Below are positions 18,698 to 28,372 of a stretch of DNA of 32,000 nucleotides, piece by piece. Each line of letters opens with the position of its first letter. Position 1 is the first letter of the stretch. This DNA is from Candidatus Annandia pinicola (lineage in GTDB: Bacteria > Pseudomonadota > Gammaproteobacteria > Enterobacterales > Enterobacteriaceae_A). The stretch is taken from contig NZ_CP045876.1 in assembly GCF_020541245.1 (NCBI RefSeq), positions 180,001 through 212,000 of the forward strand, in the 5' to 3' direction. The translations under genes and the position numbers were made by a program. Below the pieces are notes generated by a model, which searched no databases, was not told the origin of the DNA, and saw only the letters and a program-made list of their open reading frames with translations.

Positions 18698-19219
18698 TTA
18701 ATTATAATAATTAAAATTTTTATATATATTTTTAATCCAAGCTTCAATTCTTTTGTTTGTTAATTCTTGTTGATTATCTTCATCAATAGGTAATCCAATA
18801 AAAGTATTATTTATACAACTTTTTGATGATTTAAAATTGTAACCTATATTTGAAACATAACCTATTATTTTACCATTATTTGAAACTACTACTTTATATA
18901 AATATTTCATAGCATCACAAAAATATTCAGAATAGTTTTCTTGATCTCCACAACCGAATATTGCAACTTTTTTATTTTTAAAATTTATTTTTTTTAATGT
19001 AGGTAAAAAATCAATCCAATCACATTGCGGTTCTCCATAATACCAAGTCGATATACCAAATATAAGATTATCAAATTTTTCAATATCTTCTTTAGTAGAA
19101 TCTGCAATATCATATATTTTAACTATATTTTTACCTATTTTATTTTTTAATATTTTTGAAATATTTTCTGTATTTCCTGTATCGCTACCAAAAAAAATTC
19201 CTATTTTTTTAATATTCAT
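18698..19219 (-). CDS. fldA: flavodoxin (long-chain, FldA-type)
   Basis: 173 aa. IGIFFGSDTGNTENI (FMN phosphate loop), GISTWYYGEPQCDWIDFLPTL, AIFGCGDQENYSEYFCDA and GLPIDEDNQ are collinear with E. coli FldA. Confidence 0.95.
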   Translation of the reverse strand: MNIKKIGIFFGSDTGNTENISKILKNKIGKNIVKIYDIADSTKEDIEKFDNLIFGISTWYYGEPQCDWIDFLPTLKKINFKNKKVAIFGCGDQENYSEYFCDAMKYLYKVVVSNNGKIIGYVSNIGYNFKSSKSCINNTFIGLPIDEDNQQELTNKRIEAWIKNIYKNFNYYN

Positions 19220-19320
19220 TTTATCATCTCTTTTTTATATTAAAATTTAAAAATAAAAAATATTTTTTTTTTAAATAATTTAATAATTATTTTAAATAAA
19301 AAAAATTTATAGGTTATAAT

Positions 19321-20058
19321 ATGCACAATATTTTATTGGAACAAATAATAAATAAAAAATTAAATAATAAAATTTATAAAGATTGTGCTTTTAATGGATT
19401 ACAAATAAAAGGTAAAAAAAAAATATATAAAATTATCACCGCTGTATCAATATGTAAATTAATTATTAATATTGCAATTAAAAAAAAAGCTGATGCTATT
19501 ATAGTTCATCATGGTATTTTTTGGAATAACAAAAAAAATAATGAAATTAATAATGATTATTTAAAATTACTTTTAAAAAATAATATTAACCTTTATAGCT
19601 GGCATATACCATTAGATATTAATCCCTTTATAGGTAATAATGTTAAATTAGCTGAATGTTTATCTATTAAAATATATGGTTTAATTTCTCCTTTGTTATT
19701 TTGGGGAAAATTAAAAAAAAATATATCTGGTTATAATTTTAAAAAAAAAATTATAAATAAATTAAAAAAAAAACCTTTATATTATAATAATAATGCACCA
19801 TATTATATTGATAATATAGCATGGTGTACTGGAAAAGGTCAATATTTAATTAAAAAAGCAATAAATTTTGGAATAGATGCTTTTATAACAGGAGAATCAT
19901 CAGAAGATACTATTTATATTGCAAAAGAAAATAAAATACATTTTTTTGCAGCTGGTCATTATAATACAGAAAAAAGTGGTATAAAATATTTAGGTTATTG
20001 GTTAAAAAAAAGATATAATTTAATAGTAAATTTTATAAATATATATAATCCAATATAA
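19321..20058 (+). CDS. ybgI: NIF3/YbgI family metal-binding protein (GTP cyclohydrolase 1 type 2 homologue)
   Basis: 245 aa (E. coli YbgI 247). LEQIINKKLN....D.A.NGLQI.G, ADAIIVHHGIFW, HIPLD and TGE...AAGHYNTE are collinear with E. coli YbgI. Confidence 0.85.
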   Translation: MHNILLEQIINKKLNNKIYKDCAFNGLQIKGKKKIYKIITAVSICKLIINIAIKKKADAIIVHHGIFWNNKKNNEINNDYLKLLLKNNINLYSWHIPLDINPFIGNNVKLAECLSIKIYGLISPLLFWGKLKKNISGYNFKKKIINKLKKKPLYYNNNAPYYIDNIAWCTGKGQYLIKKAINFGIDAFITGESSEDTIYIAKENKIHFFAAGHYNTEKSGIKYLGYWLKKRYNLIVNFINIYNPI

Positions 20059-20106
20059 ATTGTTTAAATATATTTTTTTTATAAATTAATAAGGATATTT
20101 TAAAAA

Positions 20107-21315
20107 ATGAAATTTCATGAATATCAAGCAAAGGAGATATTTAATAAATATAAATTACCAATACCTAAAGGATATTTATTTAATAAATATTCAGAAATTA
20201 AAAAAAAATTTTCTAAAAAAAAATTTAAAAACCCAATGATTGCTAAATGTCAAGTTCATAGTGGTAGTAGAAGTAAAAATGGTGGAATTAAAATTGTAAA
20301 AAATTATAAAGACATTAAATTATTTTCAAAATATTGGTTTAATAAAAAAATAAAAACAAATCAAAATAATAATGAATCACAAATAATAAAAAATATTTTA
20401 TTAGAAGAATATATAAATATTTCAAAAGAATTATATTTAAGCATATTAATAGATAACTTTGAAAGTTGTATAATTTTTATGATATCAAGTTATGGTGGTA
20501 TTGAAATAGAAAAAATTATAAAAAAATATCCATATTTATTAAAAAAAATTAAAATTAATCCATTAATAGGACCACAATGTCATCAAATTAAAAAAATATC
20601 ATCCGAATTAAAATTTAATAATGAACAAATTAAAAAATTTAATGAAATTTTATTAAAATTATACAAAATATTTATTAAATTTGATTTAACTTTAATAGAA
20701 ATTAATCCATTAGTTATAGATAAACTTGGAAATTTAGTTTGTTTAGATGCTAAATTAGTTTCAGATGACAATGCTATTTTTCGTCAAAGTTTATTAAAAA
20801 ATATTTATGATTATAGTCAAAATAATAATGATATTATATTAGAAAAATGTTTTTCTTTTTTTAATTATGTTTCTTTAAATGGTAATATTGGATGTATGGT
20901 TAACGGGGCTGGTTTAGCAATGAGTACTATGGATTTATTAAAATTATATGGTGGTAAACCAGCTAATTTTTTAGATATTGGTGGTTCTACAGATATTAAT
21001 AGTATTATAAAATCATTTAATATAATATTATCAGATAAAAATGTTGATATTATTTTTATTAATATTTTTGGTGGTATTATACGTTGTGATATTATAGCAA
21101 AAAGTATTATTTATGTTTTAAGAAAAATTAAAACTAATACACCAATTATAGTAAGATTATCAGGAAATAAATCAAAAATTGGAATATATAAATTGTTAAA
21201 AAGTAAATTAAAAATTATAACAATTTCAAGTTTTAAAAATGCTGTTAAATTTGCAGTATTTTTATCTAAAAATAAGAGAAAATATAATGTCTATCTTAAT
21301 AGATCAAAATACTAA
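20107..21315 (+). CDS. sucC: succinyl-CoA synthetase (ADP-forming) beta subunit
   Basis: 402 aa. Contains [37 protein letters not shown] and [32 protein letters not shown]. About 12-14 aa longer than E. coli SucC (388 aa), and the tail reads 29 nt into sucD. Confidence 0.93.
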   Translation: MKFHEYQAKEIFNKYKLPIPKGYLFNKYSEIKKKFSKKKFKNPMIAKCQVHSGSRSKNGGIKIVKNYKDIKLFSKYWFNKKIKTNQNNNESQIIKNILLEEYINISKELYLSILIDNFESCIIFMISSYGGIEIEKIIKKYPYLLKKIKINPLIGPQCHQIKKISSELKFNNEQIKKFNEILLKLYKIFIKFDLTLIEINPLVIDKLGNLVCLDAKLVSDDNAIFRQSLLKNIYDYSQNNNDIILEKCFSFFNYVSLNGNIGCMVNGAGLAMSTMDLLKLYGGKPANFLDIGGSTDINSIIKSFNIILSDKNVDIIFINIFGGIIRCDIIAKSIIYVLRKIKTNTPIIVRLSGNKSKIGIYKLLKSKLKIITISSFKNAVKFAVFLSKNKRKYNVYLNRSKY

Positions 21316-22156
21316 AGTTATATGTCAAGGATTTACAGGATATCAAGGTACTTTTCATTCAAAAAGAGCATTAAAATATGGAACTAAAATAGTTGGAGGT
21401 GTTACTCCAGGAAAAGGAAATACTTTTCATTTAGGTTTACCAGTTTTTGATACTGTTAAACAAGCAATAAAATATACAAAAGCAGAAGCATCTGTAATAT
21501 ACGTACCAGCAAAATTTTGTAAAAAAAGTATTTTAGAATCTATTGAAGCAGGTGTAAAATTAATAATAGTTATAACTGAAGGAATTCCAATAGCTGATAT
21601 GATTATTATTAAAAATAAATTAAAAAATAAATCAATTAATTTAATTGGACCTAATTGTCCTGGAATAATATCTCCTGGTAAATCCATGATAGGAATAATG
21701 CCAGAATATATTCATAAACCTGGAAATATAGGAGTTATTTCTAGATCAGGTACTTTAACATATGAAGCTGTTCAACAAATAACTAATTCTGGTTTTGGAC
21801 AATCTACCTGTATTGGTATAGGAGGTGATTCAATAATAGGTTTAAATTTTATAGATATTATTAAATTATTTAATAAAGATAAAGATACAAAAGCTATAGT
21901 AATTATTGGAGAAATAGGGGGATATCAAGAAGAAATAGTTGCTAATTTTATTAAAGAAAATTATAGTAAACCAATAATAGGATATATTTCTGGATTAACT
22001 TCTCCTAAAGAAAAAAGAATGGGTCATGCAGGTGCAATTATTACCCAAGGTCAAGGTAATGCAAAAAGTAAAATCAAAAAATTAAATTTATCTGGCGTAC
22101 ATATGGTAAATAATTTATTAAATATAGGAATTAAATTAAAAAATATTTTAAATTAA
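21287..22156 (+). CDS. sucD: succinyl-CoA synthetase alpha subunit
   Basis: I place the start at ATG 21287 ([24 protein letters not shown], matching E. coli [18 protein letters not shown]). This gives 289 aa, the same as E. coli. The track start at 21239 would add 16 non-homologous residues inside sucC. Contains [14 protein letters not shown] and the phosphohistidine loop MGHAGAII. Confidence 0.95.
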   Translation: MSILIDQNTKVICQGFTGYQGTFHSKRALKYGTKIVGGVTPGKGNTFHLGLPVFDTVKQAIKYTKAEASVIYVPAKFCKKSILESIEAGVKLIIVITEGIPIADMIIIKNKLKNKSINLIGPNCPGIISPGKSMIGIMPEYIHKPGNIGVISRSGTLTYEAVQQITNSGFGQSTCIGIGGDSIIGLNFIDIIKLFNKDKDTKAIVIIGEIGGYQEEIVANFIKENYSKPIIGYISGLTSPKEKRMGHAGAIITQGQGNAKSKIKKLNLSGVHMVNNLLNIGIKLKNILN

Positions 22157-22209
22157 TATTATAAAAAAAATAATATTTAAATTTATTATTATCTTATTTT
22201 AAAATTTAT

Positions 22210-25200
22210 ATGATTTACATTCATAACTCAAATAATATAAATGTATTAAAAGAAAATTTATATTTAATTTTAAAAAATAATTGTTTAAATAATAATGTTA
22301 TTTTATTTTCATTTCCACATATTAATTTTTTAAGATTAATAAAAAAATTTATATTAAAAAAAAATAATTTTTATAGTAATATGTATTTTATGTTGCATAA
22401 TGATTTATTTAGTTTAATGTTAAATTATTTTTTATTAAAAAAAAAAAAAAAAAAAAAATGTAAAAATTTATTTTATAATAAAATAAATAAAATTTTATCA
22501 ATTAATAAAAATTATAAAATAATAAAAAAAATAATAAAAAAAAAATTTAAAAAAAAAATTAAAATATCTATATTAAAATTTTCAATTATTATTTGTAATA
22601 TTTTTTTTAAATATTTATTGTATAAGTCGATTTTAATAGATAATAATAAAAATAATAAATATATATTAAATTTTTCAGAAGAAAATAAAATATGGAAAAT
22701 TTATTTATGGAAAAATATATTAAATTTTAAAAATAATTTATATTATATTTTAAAAATTTTATTAAAAAAAAATAATTTAATATATTATATTAAAAATAAT
22801 ATTTTACCAAAAAAAATTATTATTTTTAATACTAATAATTTATCAATTTATCATTTAAACATAATTAATAATATAAAAAAATATTTTGAAATACATATTT
22901 TTTTTTTAAATCCGTGTTATTTATATTGGGGCAATATATTAAAAAATTATAAAAATTATTCATTAGGTAACATTATATCATTAAATTTTAAAAACTACAA
23001 ATATGGTAATTATTTATTAGATTTATGGGGTAAATTAAAAAGAAAACAATTAAATTGTTTAATTTCAATAGAATCCATAGAAAATAATTTTTTTTTAAGT
23101 AAAAATAAAAATAATATATTAAATAAAATACAAAAAAATATTTTAGAATTAAATAATAAAAATTTTTTTAAATGTAATTATAAAAATAATTTTAAAAAAA
23201 TATTAAAATTAAAAGATGATTCTATAAAAATTAATATTTGTGATAGTAAACAAAAAGAAATAGAAGTTTTATATGATTATTTATATAAAATATTTAAAAA
23301 TAATAAATCATTAGAATATCATGATATTATAATTTTAAGTAAAGATATAAATTTATATTATCATTATATAAAATCTACATTTAATAAATTTAATAAAGAT
23401 AAATTTAATTTACCTTTTAGTATAATCGGTCATAAATTCAGTAATATAATGAATTTATTAAATATAATTGATAAATTAATAAAAATTTTAAATAATAATT
23501 ATTATTTTGAAGATATAATTTATTTATTAAATATTAATGAAATATCTGAACGTTTTAAAATAAACAATAAATATATGATTTTTTTTAAAAATATTATTTT
23601 AAAATTAAAAAATAAATATAAAAATATTATAATAAATAAAATTGATTTTTTTTATTCAATAAAAAAAATAATTTTATCTAAAAATAAAATAGAATATGTA
23701 TTTTTGATAATAATTAAAAAAAAAAATAAAATTATTTTTTATGAAAAAATTAATAATAATATTTTAGATAATTGTTATTTTTTTTTTATTAAAAATATAA
23801 TTAAATTTATAAACTGTTTAAATAAATGGAATAAAATTTTTTTAAAAAAATATAAATATAAAAAAACGTTTATTAATTTTATAAAACAATTTTTTTTAAC
23901 TAAAAAAAATAATATAAAAAATTCTTTAAAATATATTAAAAAAAAATACGAAAAATTTTTTAATGAAATATTATTATTTAACGATAATAAAATATCAATA
24001 AAAATAATTCAAAAAAAAATAAAAAAAAATATTAAAAAAAAAATATTATTGAAACAAAAAATAATATTTGGAAGTATTAATTTTTGTAATATTGAAAATA
24101 TGATATCTATACCATTTAAGATAGTATGTTTAATAGGCTTAGATAATAGTTTTTATAAAAAAAATAATAAATTTAAATTAAGTTTAGAAAAATATAATAA
24201 AAAAATAAAAATTTTAGATAAATACAATTATAATAAATATATATTTTTAGAAATATTAATTTCTGCAAATTATAAATTATATATAAGTTATACATTAGAT
24301 TTTTTAAAAAATAATAAAATGATAGATAAACCTATAGTTATAAAAAATTTATTTGATTATATTACTAATATATATTGTAATTCAAATGATTCAGTTTTAA
24401 AAATAAAAAAAATAAGAAAAATTTTATTAAAAAAATTTTTTAATTTTTATAAAACAATAGATGTTACATATAATAAAAAATATATAAAATATAAATATAA
24501 TAATAATTTTATTAAAAAAAAAATAGAATTTGAAAATTATAATAATTACATTGATATAAAAAAATTTAAAAAAAAAACTAATTATATAAAAAATAATATA
24601 TTTTTAGAAGAATTTAAAAATTTTTGGTATCACCCCATAAAAAGTTTTTTTAAAATAAGATTAAATGTAAATTTCAGTTTAATTAATAAAAATATAGATA
24701 TTTATAATGAAAAAAAAAATTCTAATTATAAAATTAAAAATAAAATTTATTATAAAATAATGTATTATTATTTAAATAAAAAAAAAAATAACTTTTTAAA
24801 AAAACAACAATTGTTAGGATTAATACCATTTGGGGTTTTAGGTAAAATTATGTACAAAAACTATGAATTTAAAATTAAAAATTTATTTAGAAAAATAAAA
24901 TTATTTCCTAAAATAAAAAAAAAATATATTAATATTTTTTTTAAAAAAAAAAATTTTATTATTAAAGGATATTTAAATAATATAACTGATAATGGTTTAA
25001 GAAAATGGAAAAATAATTATTTAAATTTTTCAGATGGATTAATTTTTTGGATAGAACATTTAATATATTGTTTAATTGGTGGTAATAAAAATAGTTGTAT
25101 TTTAGGATTAGGTAATAGTAATTGGACTTTTACTCCAATTTCACCTAATTTAGCAAAAAAATATTTATTATATTATATAGGGGGTTATTTAAAAGGAATG

Positions 25201-25491
25201 AAATCTCCTTTATTATTATTACCTAAATCTGGAGGAGAATGGTTAAAAATAGTATATAATAATTATTATAACAAAAATATATTAAATGAAGAAATATTAT
25301 TAAAAGCCAAACAAAAAATGATTTATACTTTTAAAGGTTATGGTAAGCATAAAGGTGAACAACATGATCCATATATAAATAGGATTATAGATCATTTAGA
25401 TAAAAATTGTATTAATAATATTTGTAAAAATTCTATTAAATGGATTCTACCATTTTTATGTAATCATATTAAAAATAAAAAAAATAAATAA
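22210..25491 (+). CDS. recC: exodeoxyribonuclease V (RecBCD) gamma subunit RecC, full length but very divergent
   Basis: 1093 aa (E. coli 1122). K/N/I-dominated, but collinear islands run end to end. These include MIYIHNSNNINVL; FFLNPCYLYWGNI; LWGKL; KIQKNILEL; CDSKQKEIEVLYDYL; INFCN...SIPFKIVCLIGLDNSFY; YIFLEILISANYKLYISY; FWYHPIKSFFKIRLNVNF; FWIEHLIYCLIGGN; and GYLKGMKSPLLLLPKSGGEWLK. Confidence 0.88.
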   Translation: MIYIHNSNNINVLKENLYLILKNNCLNNNVILFSFPHINFLRLIKKFILKKNNFYSNMYFMLHNDLFSLMLNYFLLKKKKKKKCKNLFYNKINKILSINKNYKIIKKIIKKKFKKKIKISILKFSIIICNIFFKYLLYKSILIDNNKNNKYILNFSEENKIWKIYLWKNILNFKNNLYYILKILLKKNNLIYYIKNNILPKKIIIFNTNNLSIYHLNIINNIKKYFEIHIFFLNPCYLYWGNILKNYKNYSLGNIISLNFKNYKYGNYLLDLWGKLKRKQLNCLISIESIENNFFLSKNKNNILNKIQKNILELNNKNFFKCNYKNNFKKILKLKDDSIKINICDSKQKEIEVLYDYLYKIFKNNKSLEYHDIIILSKDINLYYHYIKSTFNKFNKDKFNLPFSIIGHKFSNIMNLLNIIDKLIKILNNNYYFEDIIYLLNINEISERFKINNKYMIFFKNIILKLKNKYKNIIINKIDFFYSIKKIILSKNKIEYVFLIIIKKKNKIIFYEKINNNILDNCYFFFIKNIIKFINCLNKWNKIFLKKYKYKKTFINFIKQFFLTKKNNIKNSLKYIKKKYEKFFNEILLFNDNKISIKIIQKKIKKNIKKKILLKQKIIFGSINFCNIENMISIPFKIVCLIGLDNSFYKKNNKFKLSLEKYNKKIKILDKYNYNKYIFLEILISANYKLYISYTLDFLKNNKMIDKPIVIKNLFDYITNIYCNSNDSVLKIKKIRKILLKKFFNFYKTIDVTYNKKYIKYKYNNNFIKKKIEFENYNNYIDIKKFKKKTNYIKNNIFLEEFKNFWYHPIKSFFKIRLNVNFSLINKNIDIYNEKKNSNYKIKNKIYYKIMYYYLNKKKNNFLKKQQLLGLIPFGVLGKIMYKNYEFKIKNLFRKIKLFPKIKKKYINIFFKKKNFIIKGYLNNITDNGLRKWKNNYLNFSDGLIFWIEHLIYCLIGGNKNSCILGLGNSNWTFTPISPNLAKKYLLYYIGGYLKGMKSPLLLLPKSGGEWLKIVYNNYYNKNILNEEILLKAKQKMIYTFKGYGKHKGEQHDPYINRIIDHLDKNCINNICKNSIKWILPFLCNHIKNKKNK

Positions 25492-25509
25492 TATAAAAAA
25501 AATAATATA

Positions 25510-28023
25510 ATGATAAAAAGAAAATTTTTAAATCCTATAAATGTTTCTTTTAAAAAAAGTTTTTTAATTGAATCATCAGCAGGAACAGGAAAAACTTTTA
25601 CTATAATTTTGTTTTTTTTAAGGCTTATATTAGGATTATATCATAAAAATAAACCCTTAGAAATAGAAAAAATATTAATTGTTACTTTTACAGAATTTGC
25701 AAAACAAGATATAAAAAAAAGAATTAAAAAAATGATTTATGAATTAAGAATTTCTTGTATTTCAAAAAATATAAATCACCCTACTTTAGGTATTTTAATA
25801 AAAAATATTGTTAATTTTAAAAAATCTATAAAAATATTATATTTAGCAGAATTAAAAATAGATAAAGCGTCAATATATACAATACATGGTTTTTGTTATT
25901 ATATATTAAAAAAAAATATGATAATATCAAATAAAAGTTTAGAAAAAGATATTATTAAAAAAAAATATAATTTTTTAAAAAAAATAACTGAAAACTTTTG
26001 GTTTAATCATATTAATAACATTCCAATTAATCTTGCTAAAATTATAATAAAAAAATGGAAATCTCCTGAAAAATTAACTATATTATTATTAAATAAATTA
26101 CAATTAATAAAATTATATAAAAGTAATGATAATTCATATAAAAAATTAAATTTTACTAAAATTTATTACAAAATTTTAAACATAATTAATATTTTTAAAA
26201 ATAATTGGATAAATAAATCTAAAAATATATTTTTAGATTTTAAATTTAATAAAAAAAAAATAAATAAAATTAATTTATGGTCTAAAAAAAAAACTAAAGA
26301 TATAAATTATCCAAAAGAACTAATATATTTAAAAAATAGTTATAGAGCTTTAACTAAAAATAATATAAGTAATAATTTTTTTAAAGATATTGATATTTTT
26401 ATAAATTATATTTTTTTATCTAAAAAAAAAATTTTTTTTAATATTATTAAATATATATATTATATATTTAATAAAAATAAAAAAATTTTAGATTTTGATG
26501 ATATAATTAATAAAACTTATTTTAATATAAAAAAAAATAATAATTTTTATAAAAGAATTTATAAAAAATATCCAATTGCAATAATTGATGAGTTTCATGA
26601 TACTGATTATAAACAATATAAAATATTTGATTATATATATTTAAAAAAAAATAAAGGTTCTTTAATATTGATAGGTGATCCTAAACAATCCATATATTCT
26701 TTTCGTGGAGTTAATATAGATAATTATTTTAGTATACGTAATAAAATTAAAAATAATTATTATATGAATACTAACTGGAGATCATCATATCATATGATTA
26801 AAAGTATTAATTTCATATTTTCTATATTAAAAAAACCATTTTTATCAAAAAAAATAACATTTACATTAATTAAAACATGTAATAATAATAAAAAAAAAAT
26901 ACTAATACAAAATAAAAAAATATATTCAGGTTTAAAAATATGGTTATATTCAAAAGAAAATATTAAAATTGATAATTATGAAAAAATAATGGCAAATCAA
27001 TGTGCATTAAATATTTATAATATATTATATAATAAAAAATATAAAACCTTTTTGTTAAAAAATAATAAAAAACTAAAGAAAATAAAAAAATCAGATATAA
27101 CTATTATAGTTAAAAATTATCATGAATCTTATGTTATTCAAAATTTTTTAGATCAATATAATATTTCTTATAATAATTATGTTAGTAATAATAACAGTAT
27201 ATTTAATAATTCAGAATCTAGAGAATTATTATATATCTTACAGGCTGTTATTAATCCTAATAAAAAAGAATTTTTATTAAATGCATTATCTACAAAAATT
27301 TTAAATAAAAATTTTTATGAAATACATCTAATTAATAAAAATGATAATATATTTTTAAAATTATATTATGAATTTAATAATTATCTTTTAATATGGAACG
27401 ATTATGGTATAATATCATTTATAAATTTATTAATAAAAAAATATAAAATATATAATAATATTATTAAATTACATGATGGTTATAATAGGTTTAATAACTT
27501 TTTAAAATTAATAAAAATATTAAATAAAAAATTTATTTATTTAAAAAATAAAAATAAACTATTATTTTGGTTATACAATAAAATTGAATCATCATCAAAA
27601 AATTTAATTTATGATAAATTAAAATATATAAAAGAAGAAAATAATGTTAAAATAATTACAGTACATAAATCTAAAGGACTACAATATCCATTTGTATGGT
27701 TACCATTTATATCTAATTTTTATAATTTAAAAAAAGAAAATTATGAAAATGATAAAAAAAAAAAAAACATAATAAAAAAAAAAATATTATCAGAAGATTT
27801 AAGAATTTTATATGTATCTTTAACTAGATCTATATGGCATTGTAGTATAGGTATTGCACCTATTATAAAAAAAAAAAACAAAAACAATAAAAGTGATTTT
27901 CATAAAAGTGCAATAGGATATTTGTTACAAAAAGGTAAATCTATGGATTCATTTGAACTTAAAAATGCATTATTTAATTTAATTAATAATATAAAATATA
28001 TAGATATAATAAAAATTTTATAA
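25510..28023 (+). CDS. recB: RecB helicase subunit of RecBCD, C-terminally truncated (helicase domains only; nuclease domain absent)
   Basis: 837 aa versus 1180 in E. coli. The SF1 helicase motifs are present: ESSAGTGKTFT (Walker A), TIHGFC, IIDEFHDTD (motif II), LIGDPKQSIYSFRG (motif III), TNWRS, TVHKSKGLQYPFVWLPF and LRILYVSLTRSIWHCSIGIAP. The ORF stops about 70 aa later, where the E. coli linker and PD-(D/E)XK nuclease domain would begin. Only 117 nt follow before tRNA-fMet. Confidence 0.85.
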   Translation: MIKRKFLNPINVSFKKSFLIESSAGTGKTFTIILFFLRLILGLYHKNKPLEIEKILIVTFTEFAKQDIKKRIKKMIYELRISCISKNINHPTLGILIKNIVNFKKSIKILYLAELKIDKASIYTIHGFCYYILKKNMIISNKSLEKDIIKKKYNFLKKITENFWFNHINNIPINLAKIIIKKWKSPEKLTILLLNKLQLIKLYKSNDNSYKKLNFTKIYYKILNIINIFKNNWINKSKNIFLDFKFNKKKINKINLWSKKKTKDINYPKELIYLKNSYRALTKNNISNNFFKDIDIFINYIFLSKKKIFFNIIKYIYYIFNKNKKILDFDDIINKTYFNIKKNNNFYKRIYKKYPIAIIDEFHDTDYKQYKIFDYIYLKKNKGSLILIGDPKQSIYSFRGVNIDNYFSIRNKIKNNYYMNTNWRSSYHMIKSINFIFSILKKPFLSKKITFTLIKTCNNNKKKILIQNKKIYSGLKIWLYSKENIKIDNYEKIMANQCALNIYNILYNKKYKTFLLKNNKKLKKIKKSDITIIVKNYHESYVIQNFLDQYNISYNNYVSNNNSIFNNSESRELLYILQAVINPNKKEFLLNALSTKILNKNFYEIHLINKNDNIFLKLYYEFNNYLLIWNDYGIISFINLLIKKYKIYNNIIKLHDGYNRFNNFLKLIKILNKKFIYLKNKNKLLFWLYNKIESSSKNLIYDKLKYIKEENNVKIITVHKSKGLQYPFVWLPFISNFYNLKKENYENDKKKKNIIKKKILSEDLRILYVSLTRSIWHCSIGIAPIIKKKNKNNKSDFHKSAIGYLLQKGKSMDSFELKNALFNLINNIKYIDIIKIL

Positions 28024-28092
28024 ATTTAAATAATATTTAATTTAATATTATGTTAATTAAATAAATATATGATAAAATTAGTTAATGAATAA

Positions 28093-28121
28093 TTGACTTT
28101 AATCAAATATTATTATATAAT
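28093..28121 (+). promoter_or_regulatory. near-consensus sigma70-type promoter for tRNA-fMet: TTGACT-N17-TATAAT
   Basis: TTGACT at 28093-28098, an exact 17-nt spacer, and TATAAT at 28116-28121. The predicted transcription start is about 12-13 nt upstream of the mature tRNA 5' end (28141). A G/C-containing -35 match is uncommon in this A/T background, but -10-like hexamers are abundant by chance. Confidence 0.5.
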
Positions 28122-28140
28122 TATATATAATTATTATAAT

Positions 28141-28214
<74 letters not shown>

Positions 28215-28372
28215 AATTAATATTTGTTATTAACATTAATATTTAAAATAAAATTAATTTATTTTGTAATTAAAAAAAATTATATAAACATTGTTATATT
28301 ATCAAAAATATTATTTTATAAAATATATTAAAATTGTATACTAAATAAAAAAAATATTTATTAGGATTAATT

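Noticed and set aside
20583-20771. 62-aa minus-strand ORF inside sucC
   Set aside because: Antisense to conserved sucC, with no motif support.
21239-21286. ORF-track start of sucD at 21239 (adds [16 protein letters not shown])
   Set aside because: These 16 residues have no counterpart in SucD and lie within sucC. The conserved N-terminus [18 protein letters not shown] begins at ATG 21287 with a purine-rich Shine-Dalgarno-like stretch upstream, and this start gives the canonical 289 aa.
21427-21687. 86-aa minus-strand ORF inside sucD
   Set aside because: Antisense to the most conserved part of sucD. The open frame results from the low stop-codon content opposite a relatively G+C-richer, conserved gene.
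22210-25491. Possibility that the 1093-aa K/N/I-rich ORF is a chance ORF, a novel low-complexity protein or a pseudogene
   Set aside because: Collinear RecC-specific blocks occur from the first residues to the C-terminus. A 3.3-kb frame free of TAA in DNA this A/T-rich cannot be maintained without selection.
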